Shown here piece after piece: positions 37,727-47,872 of a DNA stretch of 64,000 nucleotides. Origin of the DNA: an uncultured delta proteobacterium (GTDB lineage Bacteria; Desulfobacterota; Binatia; Binatales; Binataceae); assembly GCA_963842085.1 (NCBI GenBank), contig CAWJET010000001.1:3040001-3104000 (forward strand), in the 5' to 3' direction. The notes beneath the pieces are model-generated. The model was not told the origin of the DNA and did not search any database. It worked only from the letters and a program-made list of their open reading frames with translations. Positions within the stretch are counted from its first letter, which is position 1; the number at the start of each line of letters is the position of its first letter. The translations under genes were made by a program, and so were the position numbers.

Positions 37727-38653
37727 CTATGTCACATCGGCGCGAACCGGTGTGCCACGTTTCACACGCCCTCTTCTCAGCCAAGGGTAATAGAGAGTCA
37801 GGAGAATAATGAGAATCGACGCCCAGACCAAATCGGCCACGAACCCCTGTGGATCGCTCAAGTCCGCCGGGTCGGTCCGCTTGGTCTCGAAGATTCGGTC
37901 CAACCATCCGACGACGTACGACGCGGTGCGCTTCGAACCGACGATTGAAACGTGGCTCTCGCCTTGGATCTCTACTTCGGATATCGCGGTACCGGAATGA
38001 AAGTCGCCATAGACCTCGCTCAATCGTGGATGATCGATGCCGCTGAGGCTCTTCAACACCTCATGGCATGAATTTCGGAATTCTTCAGGATCCTGGGAGG
38101 TGAAGACGAAAAGGGCGTCGGGCAGCCGTTCCCCTGCGTTGAGATAGCATCCGCCGGAAATCAGGATTACACCGCCAATCGCGCGATCGCGAGTTGCATA
38201 GACCGTCACGGCCCCGGCACCCGCCGAATGACCGATCAAGACCGCGCGGGAGCCATCGACTAACTTCGACGCTCGCGCATAGTCCACGGCGGCAGCGATG
38301 TCTTCGTAGACTTCATTTCCCGTAGAGGCGAAATGAGCCAGCGGAATTCCGATCGCGAGCGAAGCGTAGCCGTTGTGCGCTAGTCGGCGCGCCAGGCTCG
38401 CCATCGTCAAAGGACCGGCACCGAGACCCGAGACCAGGATGGCGAAGGGCAAGCGCTTCGACGCCTGCGCGTTCGCAGTCGCAGTTGAGTTCTGCGCTGG
38501 ATACGGCAGATACAGGATTGCGACTCGGCCGTCGGCCAGCCGAACGTCAATTCGGCGCGGCCCGTTTGTATCGACTTCTACGAGCCAAACTGCAAGTCCT
38601 GCCAAGATCGCCAACTCGACGCAGACAACGAGGAGAATCCTGGACCGGACCAC
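37727..38653 (-). CDS. Membrane-anchored alpha/beta hydrolase
   Basis: N- and C-terminal TM helices, nucleophile elbow GHSAG, and a putative catalytic His in GESHV. Confidence 0.7.
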   Translation of the reverse strand: MVRSRILLVVCVELAILAGLAVWLVEVDTNGPRRIDVRLADGRVAILYLPYPAQNSTATANAQASKRLPFAILVSGLGAGPLTMASLARRLAHNGYASLAIGIPLAHFASTGNEVYEDIAAAVDYARASKLVDGSRAVLIGHSAGAGAVTVYATRDRAIGGVILISGGCYLNAGERLPDALFVFTSQDPEEFRNSCHEVLKSLSGIDHPRLSEVYGDFHSGTAISEVEIQGESHVSIVGSKRTASYVVGWLDRIFETKRTDPADLSDPQGFVADLVWASILIILLTLYYPWLRRGRVKRGTPVRADVT

Positions 38654-38817
38654 AGCGCTCTAGCGACGCGTCTCGGTCGAGCGACAATTCAAGGGAGAGA
38701 GCGCGCTTCTCACGAGGCTCAGCGCTGGATTCCAGGATAAGTCACACTCGCAATCCCGTGCGCCGCCCGCCGCTACCGGTTGAAACGGTCGGCTGTCAGT
38801 ATGGAGCGCCAACATCC

Positions 38818-39231
38818 TCAGCCTGGCATTTTGTCGAAGTTCTGCAACCCGGGAGTAAGAGTCGCCCACGGAGGCGCGCTGGACGTATAGATATTCATCG
38901 TTGGCTTGAAGCGCGCGGGTTCGTCCAGGCTCCCGGCTTTGACCACCATCACGTCCGGCATCGCCCCCAGCTGTGTGGTAACAGGTGCGCCGCAGGACGT
39001 GCAGAAGCCGCGGTCTACTTTGTTGCCACTTTCCCCGACGACCGAGTGGTATTTAAGAGCGCCCTTGGTCAGACGAAACGCCGCTTTCGGCACGACCATA
39101 ACGGAGGCCATCGCACCGCCGGTCGATCTCTGGCAATCGCGGCAGTAGCAATTTGCAGACATCACTGGGTCAGCCGAAATTTCGTATCTGACAGCTCCGC
39201 AAGCGCATCCACCCGTTGAAATGTTTTCCAT
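38818..39231 (-). CDS. GFA-family Zn protein (glutathione-dependent formaldehyde-activating enzyme-like)
   Basis: GGCACGAVRY, CYCRDCQR and RGFCTSCG. AAGGAG RBS. Confidence 0.88.
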   Translation of the reverse strand: MENISTGGCACGAVRYEISADPVMSANCYCRDCQRSTGGAMASVMVVPKAAFRLTKGALKYHSVVGESGNKVDRGFCTSCGAPVTTQLGAMPDVMVVKAGSLDEPARFKPTMNIYTSSAPPWATLTPGLQNFDKMPG

Positions 39232-39528
39232 AGCCAATATCTCCTTGGTTCCCACTTATAGCACCGAGCGCGGCAGAAGTCGTGTTTGCTTCCAGCAGAT
39301 TTCGCTCGCACGCGCGCGCGGAAGTACGGCACGCGGTTGGATTGCAGTAAAACGACGCGTGCTGACCTCCTGACTCGTTTCGACTTGGCTCCTTGTCTTT
39401 CGAGCCATCTTCACTTGTAAAAAGTACACTTCCCCGCGCCGCGCAAGATTACGAAACCGCAAGCTTTTGCAACGAGGCGCTCGCGTCATTCGTATTCCAG
39501 AGTGAATACATCGTCGAGGTTTGAGAAC

Positions 39529-39834
39529 ATGAATTCAAATCATCTGGATATTGGCGCCCGGCGAAATTTGCGGACCGCGATTATCGCGCTCGCCAGCGCA
39601 CTTGCTCTAATGACGATGACCGGTTGCTTCGCCAGCCCTCGCGCGAACGACACCCTTGGCGGCGCTGCCCTCGGCGCCGGCGCGGGAGCACTGCTTGGCA
39701 GCTCGGAAGGTTCACCGGCAACAGGTGCGCTGATTGGTGGTCTTGGCGGCGGTGCCGTCGGCTACATTGTCGGCACCGAGATGCAGCATCGCGGATACTA
39801 CGGCCCTTACGAGGGACCCGGATACTATTACTGA
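39529..39834 (+). CDS. Glycine-zipper lipoprotein
   Basis: Lipobox MTGC and the glycine zippers GGAALGAGAGALLG / GALIGGLGGGAVG. Confidence 0.75.
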   Translation: MNSNHLDIGARRNLRTAIIALASALALMTMTGCFASPRANDTLGGAALGAGAGALLGSSEGSPATGALIGGLGGGAVGYIVGTEMQHRGYYGPYEGPGYYY

Positions 39835-40093
39835 TTCTGATCGTCGCCCAGTGCCGAGACACCAGTCCCAACCATATCGGGAGTCTGCCTGATCGCTCAG
39901 TTCACGAAGATCAGGCGAGAATCCTGCGGTCCGCTCAGGCCCGTCCCATATCCCTTATCGGGCCATCAACAACCAGGCTCGGGAGGAACTTTGGCGGCTG
40001 TGGCGCGAAAGCACCCAGCGAAACTTTCCAAGAATGGTGCCGTTCGCTACACACCTGATCTCAATTTGATCGCGAATCGCGCGATTCGCGCAC

Positions 40094-40109
40094 TGGCACA
40101 ACGAATGCT
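40094..40109 (+). promoter_or_regulatory. Sigma54 promoter for macAB
   Basis: TGGCACAACGAATGCT (GG-N10-GC) immediately before macA. Confidence 0.7.
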
Positions 40110-40120
40110 CTGTCTTACAG

Positions 40121-41332
40121 ATGCTTATGAATCCAATGGCTGCGAAACGCTTTTGGCCGATCGCCGTCTCGATCCTCGTCGTTGCCGCGGGTTCGTACTA
40201 CTACCTTCACAGCGGGACGGCTCAACCGCGGTACACGACTGCGCGGGTTGACCGGGGTTCTGTGGTTCGCGCGGTCACCGCGACCGGCACCGTCAATCCG
40301 GTCATAACGGTGCAGGTCGGCACCTACGATTCAGGCCCGATTATCGCGATCTACGCTGATTTCAACACGCCGGTTAAGGCGGGCCAGCTGATCGCCAAGA
40401 TCGATCCGCGTCCCTTTCAGGTCAAGGTGGACCAGGCTGCGGCTGCGCTCGCCAACGCCAAGGCCCAACTCGTCAAGGACCAGGCTGACATGGTCTATAA
40501 GGATCTTACGCTGAAGCGCGACAGGCAGTTGCTCGAAGCGGATGCGATTTCGCAAGACACGGTTGATAGCGCGCGCAGTGCTTACGATCAGGACGCCGCC
40601 CAGGTCGCACTTGATCGAGCCAATATCCAGCAGCAGCAGGCCAACCTGGAGGAGGCGCAAGTCAATCTGAACTACACGAATATCATCTCCCCCGTCGACG
40701 GCACCGTCGTATCGCGCAATGTCGATGTCGGGCAGACGGTCGCCGCGAGTTTTCAGACGCCGACATTGTTTCTGATCGCGAAGGATCTGACGCAGATGCA
40801 GGTGGACACAAACGTCAGCGAATCGGACATCGGCAACTTGCGCACCGGCCAGCCCGCCGACTTCAGCGTCGATGCGTTTCCAGACCGCCAGTTCGAGGGC
40901 ACCGTTGGCCAGGTACGCAAGGCGCCGATCACGGTGCAGAATGTCGTCACCTACGACGTGGTGGTCAACGTGCCGAACCCGGAGTTCCTGCTCGCGCCGG
41001 GGATGACCGCCAACGTGACGATCGTCACAGCCCGACGCGACGACGTGCTGCGGATTCCGGTCCAGGCGCTGAGGTTCACGCCGGGCAAGGAAAAAGGCGA
41101 ACCTGCGAACCAGACCGTTGCCAACAAGTCTGCGCGGCAGAGGCGCGTATGGCTCGCCGATCGCGGGATGCTCAAAGCCGTCTTTGTCGTTACCGGCCTC
41201 GACGATGGCAACTACGTCGAAGTTTCAAGCGGAGACCTGAAGGTGGGCGATATGGTCGTGACCAACAAGGTCTCTGACACCGCATCCAGCTCCTCCGCTT
41301 CTTCCACGTCGCTTCGGCTTTCGCTGAGGTGA
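40121..41332 (+). CDS. macA: Periplasmic adaptor / membrane fusion protein (MacA-like)
   Basis: N-terminal TM, VTATGTVNPV..VQVG, a coiled-coil hairpin, SPVDGTVV.RNVDVGQTVAAS and PGMTA. The true start may be 40127 or 40136. Confidence 0.9.
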   Translation: MLMNPMAAKRFWPIAVSILVVAAGSYYYLHSGTAQPRYTTARVDRGSVVRAVTATGTVNPVITVQVGTYDSGPIIAIYADFNTPVKAGQLIAKIDPRPFQVKVDQAAAALANAKAQLVKDQADMVYKDLTLKRDRQLLEADAISQDTVDSARSAYDQDAAQVALDRANIQQQQANLEEAQVNLNYTNIISPVDGTVVSRNVDVGQTVAASFQTPTLFLIAKDLTQMQVDTNVSESDIGNLRTGQPADFSVDAFPDRQFEGTVGQVRKAPITVQNVVTYDVVVNVPNPEFLLAPGMTANVTIVTARRDDVLRIPVQALRFTPGKEKGEPANQTVANKSARQRRVWLADRGMLKAVFVVTGLDDGNYVEVSSGDLKVGDMVVTNKVSDTASSSSASSTSLRLSLR

Positions 41333-41340
41333 GGAACGGT

Positions 41341-43482
41341 ATGGCGCCGGTTATCGAGATCGTAAACCTGCACAAGGTTTTCCGCATGGGCGAGATCGAG
41401 CTACAAGCGCTATGCGGCGTCAACCTTGATATCGAGCGCGGCGAGTTCGTCGCGATCATGGGTGCTTCGGGTTCGGGCAAATCGACCTTGATGAATATCC
41501 TTGGATGCCTGGACCGGCCGACGAGCGGCCGCTACCTGCTGGAGAGCATCGATACCGCCTCGCTCAAGGAAGAAGAGTTGGCCGCCATCCGCAGCCGCCG
41601 AATCGGGTTCATTTTTCAGACCTTCAATCTGCTGTCGCGAACAACCGCGCTGGAAAATGTCGAATTGCCGCTCTTCTATTCGCAATGGAACCAGGAGGGC
41701 GAGCAACGCGCCCGGCAACTGCTGGCGCAGGTCGGGCTCCAGGGACGGGAGCAGAACAACCCGAATCAGCTTTCTGGCGGCCAGCAGCAGCGCGTCGCCA
41801 TCGCTCGCGCGCTGGTCAACGATCCCGCGATCCTGCTGGCCGACGAGCCGACTGGAAATCTCGATTCGAAAAACTCGGCCGAGATCATGGAGATCATCAG
41901 TCGCCTCAACCGCGAGCATGGGCTCACCGTCCTGGTCGTGACCCACGATTCGGATGTTGCTGCTTACACCGATCGGGTGGTGACTTTTCGCGACGGGGCG
42001 ATTATCTCCGATGTCCGCACGCGCCAGGCGCCGGCAGTGCCCAGCGCCGCAAGGATCGCTGCCCCTGCTACGGCGTCCGCTCGATTGCGGACTGAAAAAC
42101 CCTGGAGATTCGGCGGGATGGCTCTGAGTGCGGCCGGGCGGGCGCTCAGGCGCAACAAGACCCGGGCCGCGCTCACCATGCTCGGTATTTTCATCGGCGT
42201 GGCCGCGGTAATTGCGATGGTCGCGGTAGGCGATGGTGCGCGCTATTCGGTGCAACAGCAGATCCAGAGCCTCGGCACCAACTTGCTCGTGGTGTTGCCC
42301 GGTGCGACCACCTCCAGCGGCGTACGCATCGGCACCGGGAGCACCTCGACACTGACGGTGGCGGACGCCGATGCGATCGAGAAGGAAGTGAGCACGATTT
42401 CTGCCGTGAGTTACACGGACCGGCAGATCGGGCAAGTCGTCCACGCGAACCAGAATTGGAGCACCAGCGTGGCCGGCGTCACCACCGCCTACTTCGTGAT
42501 TCGTGACTGGCCGGTGGCAGAAGGGCGCAGCTTCACCGACGAAGAGCAGCGCAGCGCCGCGCCGGTGTGCCTGCTCGGCAGAACAGTGGCCAACAATCTC
42601 TACGGCGAGGATGAGGATCCGATAGGGACAACCGTTCGCGTCAAGAACTTTCCCCTGCGCGTGATCGGCGTGCTGGCGGTCAAAGGTCAATCCAACTTCG
42701 GCACCGACCAGGACGACGTCGTGCTCATGCCGTTCAATACCGCCGAGCGAAAAGTGCTTGGCACGTCACAGGTGACTGCGGCTGCACTGTCGAGCACCAC
42801 CGGATCGACCAATCCCGTCCTGAATCCCTATCTGAGCGTTCCAGTCACGAGCGCCTCCAGCCCGGTGTACGCATCGGACACCGCAATCATGAGCCCGTTC
42901 GGCAGCCCGCCCAAAATCTCAGGCGTGGTGAATATGGTGTTCGTCCAGGCGCGCGATGCCGAAGATGTCGACGCGGCGCAAAACGACGTCCAGCAACTGC
43001 TCCATCGCCGCCATCACGTCGGTCCCGGGCAGGACGATGACTTCACGGTGCGGAGTCTCAACGAAATTGCGCAGGCCTCCGAAAGCTCGAGCCGGGTCAT
43101 GACCCTGCTGCTGGCCGCGGTCGCGTCGATTTCATTGCTGGTCGGCGGGATCGGGATCATGAATATCATGCTGGTTTCGGTGACCGAGCGTACGCGCGAG
43201 ATCGGGATCAGGATGGCGATAGGGGCGCGTCGCCGGCAGATTCTGCTGCAATTTTTAGTGGAGTCGGCACTGCTCAGCATCATGGGTGGGCTGGCCGGAG
43301 CGGTTCTTGGAATAGTCGCTTCGAAGGTGCTGTCGGCGCTGGCGCAATGGCCGACGCTGATTTCGCCGACGGCGGTGTTAGGTGGATTTGGCTTCGCGGC
43401 GGCTGTCGGCGTGTTCTTCGGCTGGTATCCCGCACGCAAAGCTTCGCTGCTCGATCCGATCGAGGCTCTCCGCTACGAATGA
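41341..43482 (+). CDS. macB: MacB-like ABC transporter (ATPase-permease fusion)
   Basis: Walker A GASGSGKS, LSGGQQQR, LADEPTGNLD, and the FtsX domain VGGIGIMNIMLVSVTERTREIG...DPIEALRYE. Confidence 0.93.
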   Translation: MAPVIEIVNLHKVFRMGEIELQALCGVNLDIERGEFVAIMGASGSGKSTLMNILGCLDRPTSGRYLLESIDTASLKEEELAAIRSRRIGFIFQTFNLLSRTTALENVELPLFYSQWNQEGEQRARQLLAQVGLQGREQNNPNQLSGGQQQRVAIARALVNDPAILLADEPTGNLDSKNSAEIMEIISRLNREHGLTVLVVTHDSDVAAYTDRVVTFRDGAIISDVRTRQAPAVPSAARIAAPATASARLRTEKPWRFGGMALSAAGRALRRNKTRAALTMLGIFIGVAAVIAMVAVGDGARYSVQQQIQSLGTNLLVVLPGATTSSGVRIGTGSTSTLTVADADAIEKEVSTISAVSYTDRQIGQVVHANQNWSTSVAGVTTAYFVIRDWPVAEGRSFTDEEQRSAAPVCLLGRTVANNLYGEDEDPIGTTVRVKNFPLRVIGVLAVKGQSNFGTDQDDVVLMPFNTAERKVLGTSQVTAAALSSTTGSTNPVLNPYLSVPVTSASSPVYASDTAIMSPFGSPPKISGVVNMVFVQARDAEDVDAAQNDVQQLLHRRHHVGPGQDDDFTVRSLNEIAQASESSSRVMTLLLAAVASISLLVGGIGIMNIMLVSVTERTREIGIRMAIGARRRQILLQFLVESALLSIMGGLAGAVLGIVASKVLSALAQWPTLISPTAVLGGFGFAAAVGVFFGWYPARKASLLDPIEALRYE

Positions 43483-43518
43483 ACTGACGGCGTCGGGGAG
43501 ATCGAATCGGCCGGACCG

Positions 43519-43935
43519 CTATCGTTTGGGTCGCGCAGCCTCCAAAAATGATCGCAGCACGTGTCCGAATCGTTCGAACGACAACGGCTTCGAAACGTAG
43601 TAGTGGGCGCCGTTGGTGCGCGCGCGCTTCTCGTTGGCGTCGCTATGGCTGCCCGCGACGTAGAGCAGGGAGATCCCGGAGAAGTGCTCGCGAATCTGCG
43701 CGAGCACCCAGCCGAGATCATCTTCGGCGAGCGCTTGATCGTCGAGTATGGCCAGTCGCACATTCGGCTGAGCGAACATCTCGCGACTCACGAATTTGTC
43801 GCTTCGATGGTGAATCAGCTTCCAGGGGCGCTTGACGATTCCGAACGCCAGGTCCGCCAACGCCTGATCGTCAGAGAGCAGCAGCGCGGTGGGCGCAAGG
43901 CGTGTTTTTTTCAAATCTCGCTTCACTTCAGGCAA
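43519..43935 (-). CDS. Stand-alone response-regulator receiver-like protein
   Basis: LLLSDD, LAILDD and GAHYYVSKP follow the REC pattern. The conserved Thr/Ser is replaced (LLYVAG). Confidence 0.65.
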   Translation of the reverse strand: MPEVKRDLKKTRLAPTALLLSDDQALADLAFGIVKRPWKLIHHRSDKFVSREMFAQPNVRLAILDDQALAEDDLGWVLAQIREHFSGISLLYVAGSHSDANEKRARTNGAHYYVSKPLSFERFGHVLRSFLEAARPKR

Positions 43936-44012
43936 GCGCGCTGTTGGCCGCGTGGAATTAATCCGAGAGCGTGATACTATTGCGGTGTTTTCGCGCTACA
44001 CGATTGTGGAGG

Positions 44013-44028
44013 AGCAGCAAGCATGCCA
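44013..44028 (-). promoter_or_regulatory. Sigma54 promoter for the receiver-domain gene
   Basis: The minus strand reads TGGCATGCTTGCTGCT (GG-N10-GC) and is divergent from the adjacent sigma54 activator. Confidence 0.6.
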
Positions 44029-44086
44029 AGCATGCTGCCCGTTTCAGACACTACCGGGAGCGCGAAAGGAGGCAATTTCGCCCCGT

Positions 44087-45622
44087 ATGTCTCCATCGGC
44101 GCCAGCACAAAAGGGACAAGCGAACAGGATCTACGCTCCAGAAGGTGGACCACGCCACTACCACCTCCTGTGGGACGAGGAGCTTGAGGCGCTGCGGCCG
44201 GTGCTCACGCTTGTGCTCGAGCACCTCGACGGAGTCGTGGAGCATTGGTATCAGCTCTATGCTCTGCACTTTGGCGATAAGCGGAGTCTGTCGGAGCCCG
44301 AGTTTCGCGACCTCTTCCACAACGTGCTTTCGCGAAACACCAAGGACCTGCTCGAAGGAGACATGGATCGTTACGCAATCGATACGATCCGGACCGGCGA
44401 GTTATTGTGCGAGCGCAACGTGCCGTTTGCGGAGATCGTCGCGTCGCTTCATCTGTACGAGGAAAGCGCCTACACGGCCTTCCCGAAGAATCCGGCGCCG
44501 CCGCTGGAGATCTACACGGCGTTCGACAAGCTGAGTCACATTCGCATGATCCTGCTGGCCGACGCGTACTTTCGCTCCGCGTCGGCAAGCGCGGGCGCAC
44601 GCATCCAGGCGCTCGAACGGCAGGCAACCCTGCTGGCGCGGGAGAAGCGCAGCATCTTTCACGGCCTGGTAGGCTCCAGTGCCGCGATGCGCCGCCTTTA
44701 CGAGCGAATCGAGGCGGCGGCGCAGACACGAGGCACGATCTTGATCGTCGGAGAAAGTGGGACCGGGAAGGAACTGGTGGCGCGCTCGATTCACGAGTGC
44801 GGCGCGGAACCGGCGGCCCCGTTCGTCGCGCTCAATTGTGCCGCGATTCCAAAGGACCTGATCGAGAGCGAGCTGTTCGGATACAAGAAAGGCGCGTTCA
44901 GCGGTGCGAATGCCGACTACCTGGGACTGTTCCGGGCGGGCGAGGGCGGCACGCTGTTTCTGGACGAAGTTACCGAGATGGCGCCGCAGACGCAGAGCAA
45001 GCTGTTGCGCACCGTGCAGGAGCGGATGGTGCGGCCGGTAGGCTCGACCAAGGAGATCCCCGTCAATGTGCGCCTGGTCGCGTCGACCAACCGGGATCCC
45101 GAGGAGGCTGTCCGCGCCGGGAGCCTGCGGGAGGATCTCTACTACCGATTGCAGGCCGGGGTCCTTAGCGTATCGCCGCTGCGAGAGCGCCCCGACGATA
45201 TTCCGCTGCTGATCGAGCATTTCATCGAGCTCTTCAATGAGAAGCTTCAACCGCGAATTCCGGTGCGCGGTGCTGAGGAAGATGCGATCGCCGCGATGGT
45301 GGAATACTCCTGGCCGGGGAATGTCCGTGAACTGTCCAACACTATCGAAGGTGCGTTCACTTTCGGCCGCTCACCCATGATCCGGCTGCAAGACTTGCCA
45401 GCCGGAGTCGCCGGGAGCCGGCTGGAACGGGCCTCGCGGCGTGCGGAGGGCGCCTCGCGAGAAGCTTCCAATGACCTGCCGATTGTCACTTTCGCCGAGG
45501 CTGAGCGCGAGCTAATCGCCCGAGCTCTCAGGAGCACCGACGGCAACAAAGTGCAGGCCGCGACTCTGCTGCGAATCTCGCGCAAGAAGCTCTACGCCAA
45601 GATCGAAAAATACAGTCTATAG
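44087..45622 (+). CDS. Sigma54-dependent activator with an N-terminal all-helical (RsbRD_N/globin-like) sensor
   Basis: [28 protein letters not shown] and a Fis HTH. The N-terminal helical domain LEHLDGVVEHWY...GELLCERNVPFAEIV has no receiver motif. Confidence 0.85.
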   Translation: MSPSAPAQKGQANRIYAPEGGPRHYHLLWDEELEALRPVLTLVLEHLDGVVEHWYQLYALHFGDKRSLSEPEFRDLFHNVLSRNTKDLLEGDMDRYAIDTIRTGELLCERNVPFAEIVASLHLYEESAYTAFPKNPAPPLEIYTAFDKLSHIRMILLADAYFRSASASAGARIQALERQATLLAREKRSIFHGLVGSSAAMRRLYERIEAAAQTRGTILIVGESGTGKELVARSIHECGAEPAAPFVALNCAAIPKDLIESELFGYKKGAFSGANADYLGLFRAGEGGTLFLDEVTEMAPQTQSKLLRTVQERMVRPVGSTKEIPVNVRLVASTNRDPEEAVRAGSLREDLYYRLQAGVLSVSPLRERPDDIPLLIEHFIELFNEKLQPRIPVRGAEEDAIAAMVEYSWPGNVRELSNTIEGAFTFGRSPMIRLQDLPAGVAGSRLERASRRAEGASREASNDLPIVTFAEAERELIARALRSTDGNKVQAATLLRISRKKLYAKIEKYSL

Positions 45623-45700
45623 CAACGGCTACACCTGCATCGTATCGACCCGATCAAATAATCTGCTAAGTTATCCCCCGGGAGCATGATCGACAGCACG

Positions 45701-45952
45701 ATGAAGCGAATCCTGACCGTTGCGATCCTGGCTGCCGCCGCCGGTCTCTACGGATGCGCGTCATCCGCAACCAATCAGACCGCTTCCATGAGTGCCACGT
45801 GTCAGGCCCCGACGGACTGCGAAGCCCGAGACCATGCCCGACAGATTCGTGACGAGGCCGACTACCAGGATGAACCGGCGTTGGGATACCTGCAGTCGCC
45901 GCCGGGATTGCTGCCAGTACCGCTGACCTCGCGAAATACATCCTCCAACTAA
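45701..45952 (+). CDS. Small lipoprotein
   Basis: MKRILTVAILAAAAGLYGC lipobox. Confidence 0.65.
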   Translation: MKRILTVAILAAAAGLYGCASSATNQTASMSATCQAPTDCEARDHARQIRDEADYQDEPALGYLQSPPGLLPVPLTSRNTSSN

Positions 45953-46210
45953 TCGATAGAGCACGGTCCGCTCAGAGGCATGGACGTCGTGTCGATGTGT
46001 GGCATCGTCGCACGGTCCGTTTTCTGGTTGCTTCGAGTTGGTCTTCTTGTTGCGTGGCATTGTATCCGCGCGTTCACTTTCGCAACGCTGAATTGCACGA
46101 AAATATCAAGCCGATAGGGCTCTTTCACTCCTTATTGACAGCCCTAATGCCGAGGGCAAGAATGCTACACTAAGCCGCATCTGCCCCTCAAAGAGATGTG
46201 GCGATTTGGG

Positions 46211-47668
46211 ATGAGCGTGCAGGATCGCAACGTACAGAACAAGGCGCGGGTTCTGATTGTCGATGACGAGTTCCATGTTGCACGTGGTGCCGCGACGGTC
46301 CTTTCACAGGCTGGTTACGAATGCGAAACATGCCCCACGGTCGAAGCAGCCTTGAAGATGCTTGAACGTAAGGGCGCAGACGTAATCATCGCAGACATGA
46401 GGATGCCGGGGATGGATGGGATGGATTTACTGAAGAAAGTGCAAACCAAGGATCCGGACATGGCGGTCGTGATGAGCGTTCCGCTGCCAGCAGCGGAGTC
46501 GGCCAAGGAGGCATTGCGCGGCGGCGCGTTCGACTGTGTGACGAAGCCGTTCGACAGCGATGAGCTCAACGCGGTCGTCACTCGGGCGGTCGAGATGAGC
46601 GCGCTGCAACGCGAGAACCGGAAGCTGCGCGAGCAGCTCGATGTCGCCAGCATCGCCGCGGGTTTCATCGCAGAAGCGCCCAAGAGCCGCGAGCTCGTCG
46701 CCATGATTCGACGGGTTGCGCCGTCGCGTACGACCGCGCTGGTCGAAGGCGAGACCGGTACCGGCAAGGAGCTGGTGGCGCGGATGCTTCACTACTGGAG
46801 CAATCGCGCCGACGGACCGTTCCTCGCGATCAACTGCAAGGCGCTCGCCGATGGCGTGGTCGAGAGCGAGCTGTTCGGTCACGAAAAGGGATCGTTCACC
46901 GGGGCCATCCGGGATCGTGCGGGATGCTTCGAGCGCGCCTCCGGCGGCACGCTGTTTCTCGATGAGATTGGAGAGGCGGGCCCGGACTTCCAGGCCAAGC
47001 TGCTGCGCGTGCTTGAGGACGGCGAGGTGCTTCGCGTCGGCGGGTCGAAACCGCGCAAGGTGGATGTCCGAATAATCGCGGCGACCAATCGCAAGCTGCG
47101 GAGCGAAGTCGCCGCCGGCCGCTTCCGCGCCGACCTGTATTTCCGCCTCAGCGTGATTCCCCTCAGGATCGCGCCGCTGCGCGAGCGCCGCGAAGACATC
47201 CTGCCCCTGGCGCGTCATTTCCTTGCCTTTCATTCCACCGACGCAGGCCGTCCGCTGATGCTTTCCCCGCAGGCCGAAGAAGCGCTGCTCAATTACTCGT
47301 GGCCGGGCAATGTTCGCGAGCTTGAAAACGTGATCGAGCGCGCGGTCGTGATGAGTGGGCAGGAGACGTTGATGCCTGAAGCGTTTGCTTTCGACGACGA
47401 CGCCTCCGACGAGGACCTCGACCTTGGTGCCGGCGTCGCCAAACCGTCAGGGGCTGATTCAGTGCTGGATTCGAACCACGCGCAGCGCGCCGCGCAGTCC
47501 GCCGAGAGTCAGGAGGAGGGTACGCTGCAAGCAACCCTTGATCGCGCGGCGACGGTGCGAATCAAGGCGGCACTCGCCGCCGCCGGCGGAAACCGGGTTG
47601 ACGCGGCGGCTGCGCTCGGAGTCGATCGGACGACGCTGTACAGATTGATGAAACGTCTCAGTCTTTAG
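46211..47668 (+). CDS. NtrC-family sigma54 response regulator (candidate pilin activator)
   Basis: REC (VLIVDDE, ADMRMP, TKP), [22 protein letters not shown] and an HTH. Adjacent to the tad locus. Confidence 0.92.
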   Translation: MSVQDRNVQNKARVLIVDDEFHVARGAATVLSQAGYECETCPTVEAALKMLERKGADVIIADMRMPGMDGMDLLKKVQTKDPDMAVVMSVPLPAAESAKEALRGGAFDCVTKPFDSDELNAVVTRAVEMSALQRENRKLREQLDVASIAAGFIAEAPKSRELVAMIRRVAPSRTTALVEGETGTGKELVARMLHYWSNRADGPFLAINCKALADGVVESELFGHEKGSFTGAIRDRAGCFERASGGTLFLDEIGEAGPDFQAKLLRVLEDGEVLRVGGSKPRKVDVRIIAATNRKLRSEVAAGRFRADLYFRLSVIPLRIAPLRERREDILPLARHFLAFHSTDAGRPLMLSPQAEEALLNYSWPGNVRELENVIERAVVMSGQETLMPEAFAFDDDASDEDLDLGAGVAKPSGADSVLDSNHAQRAAQSAESQEEGTLQATLDRAATVRIKAALAAAGGNRVDAAAALGVDRTTLYRLMKRLSL

Positions 47669-47724
47669 CGTCGGACGCTCGCCGCGGTGCAGGACACCGT
47701 CGGGAGCGATTTGAAATCATATCG

Positions 47725-47761
47725 AGCGGCCGCGGCGCCAATCCCCGGCCGCTTTTTCTTT
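47725..47761 (+). terminator. Intrinsic terminator
   Basis: AGCGGCCG...CGGCCGCT followed by TTTTTCTTT. Confidence 0.65.
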
Positions 47762-47806
47762 GTTCCCACGTCAAGCGAAAGGCGCTACCGGGGACGCGGG
47801 CGCACT

Positions 47807-47854
47807 AAACAAACAGGCCCCGGACCGACGCGCCGGCGCGTCAGGTCCGAGGCC
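47807..47854 (-). terminator. Intrinsic terminator of the tad operon
   Basis: GGCC.CGGACC-GACGCGCCGGCGCGTC-AGGTCCG.GGCC hairpin with a TGTTTGTTT tail on the minus strand. Confidence 0.6.
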
Positions 47855-47872
47855 CCCTGGGAGAGGCTGAAA

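Noticed and set aside
46055-46069. Sigma54 promoter TGGCATTGTATCCGC before the NtrC-type regulator
   Set aside because: The spacing fits but the -12 element is poor. A TTGACA at 46135 suggests a sigma70 promoter instead, and neither is firm.
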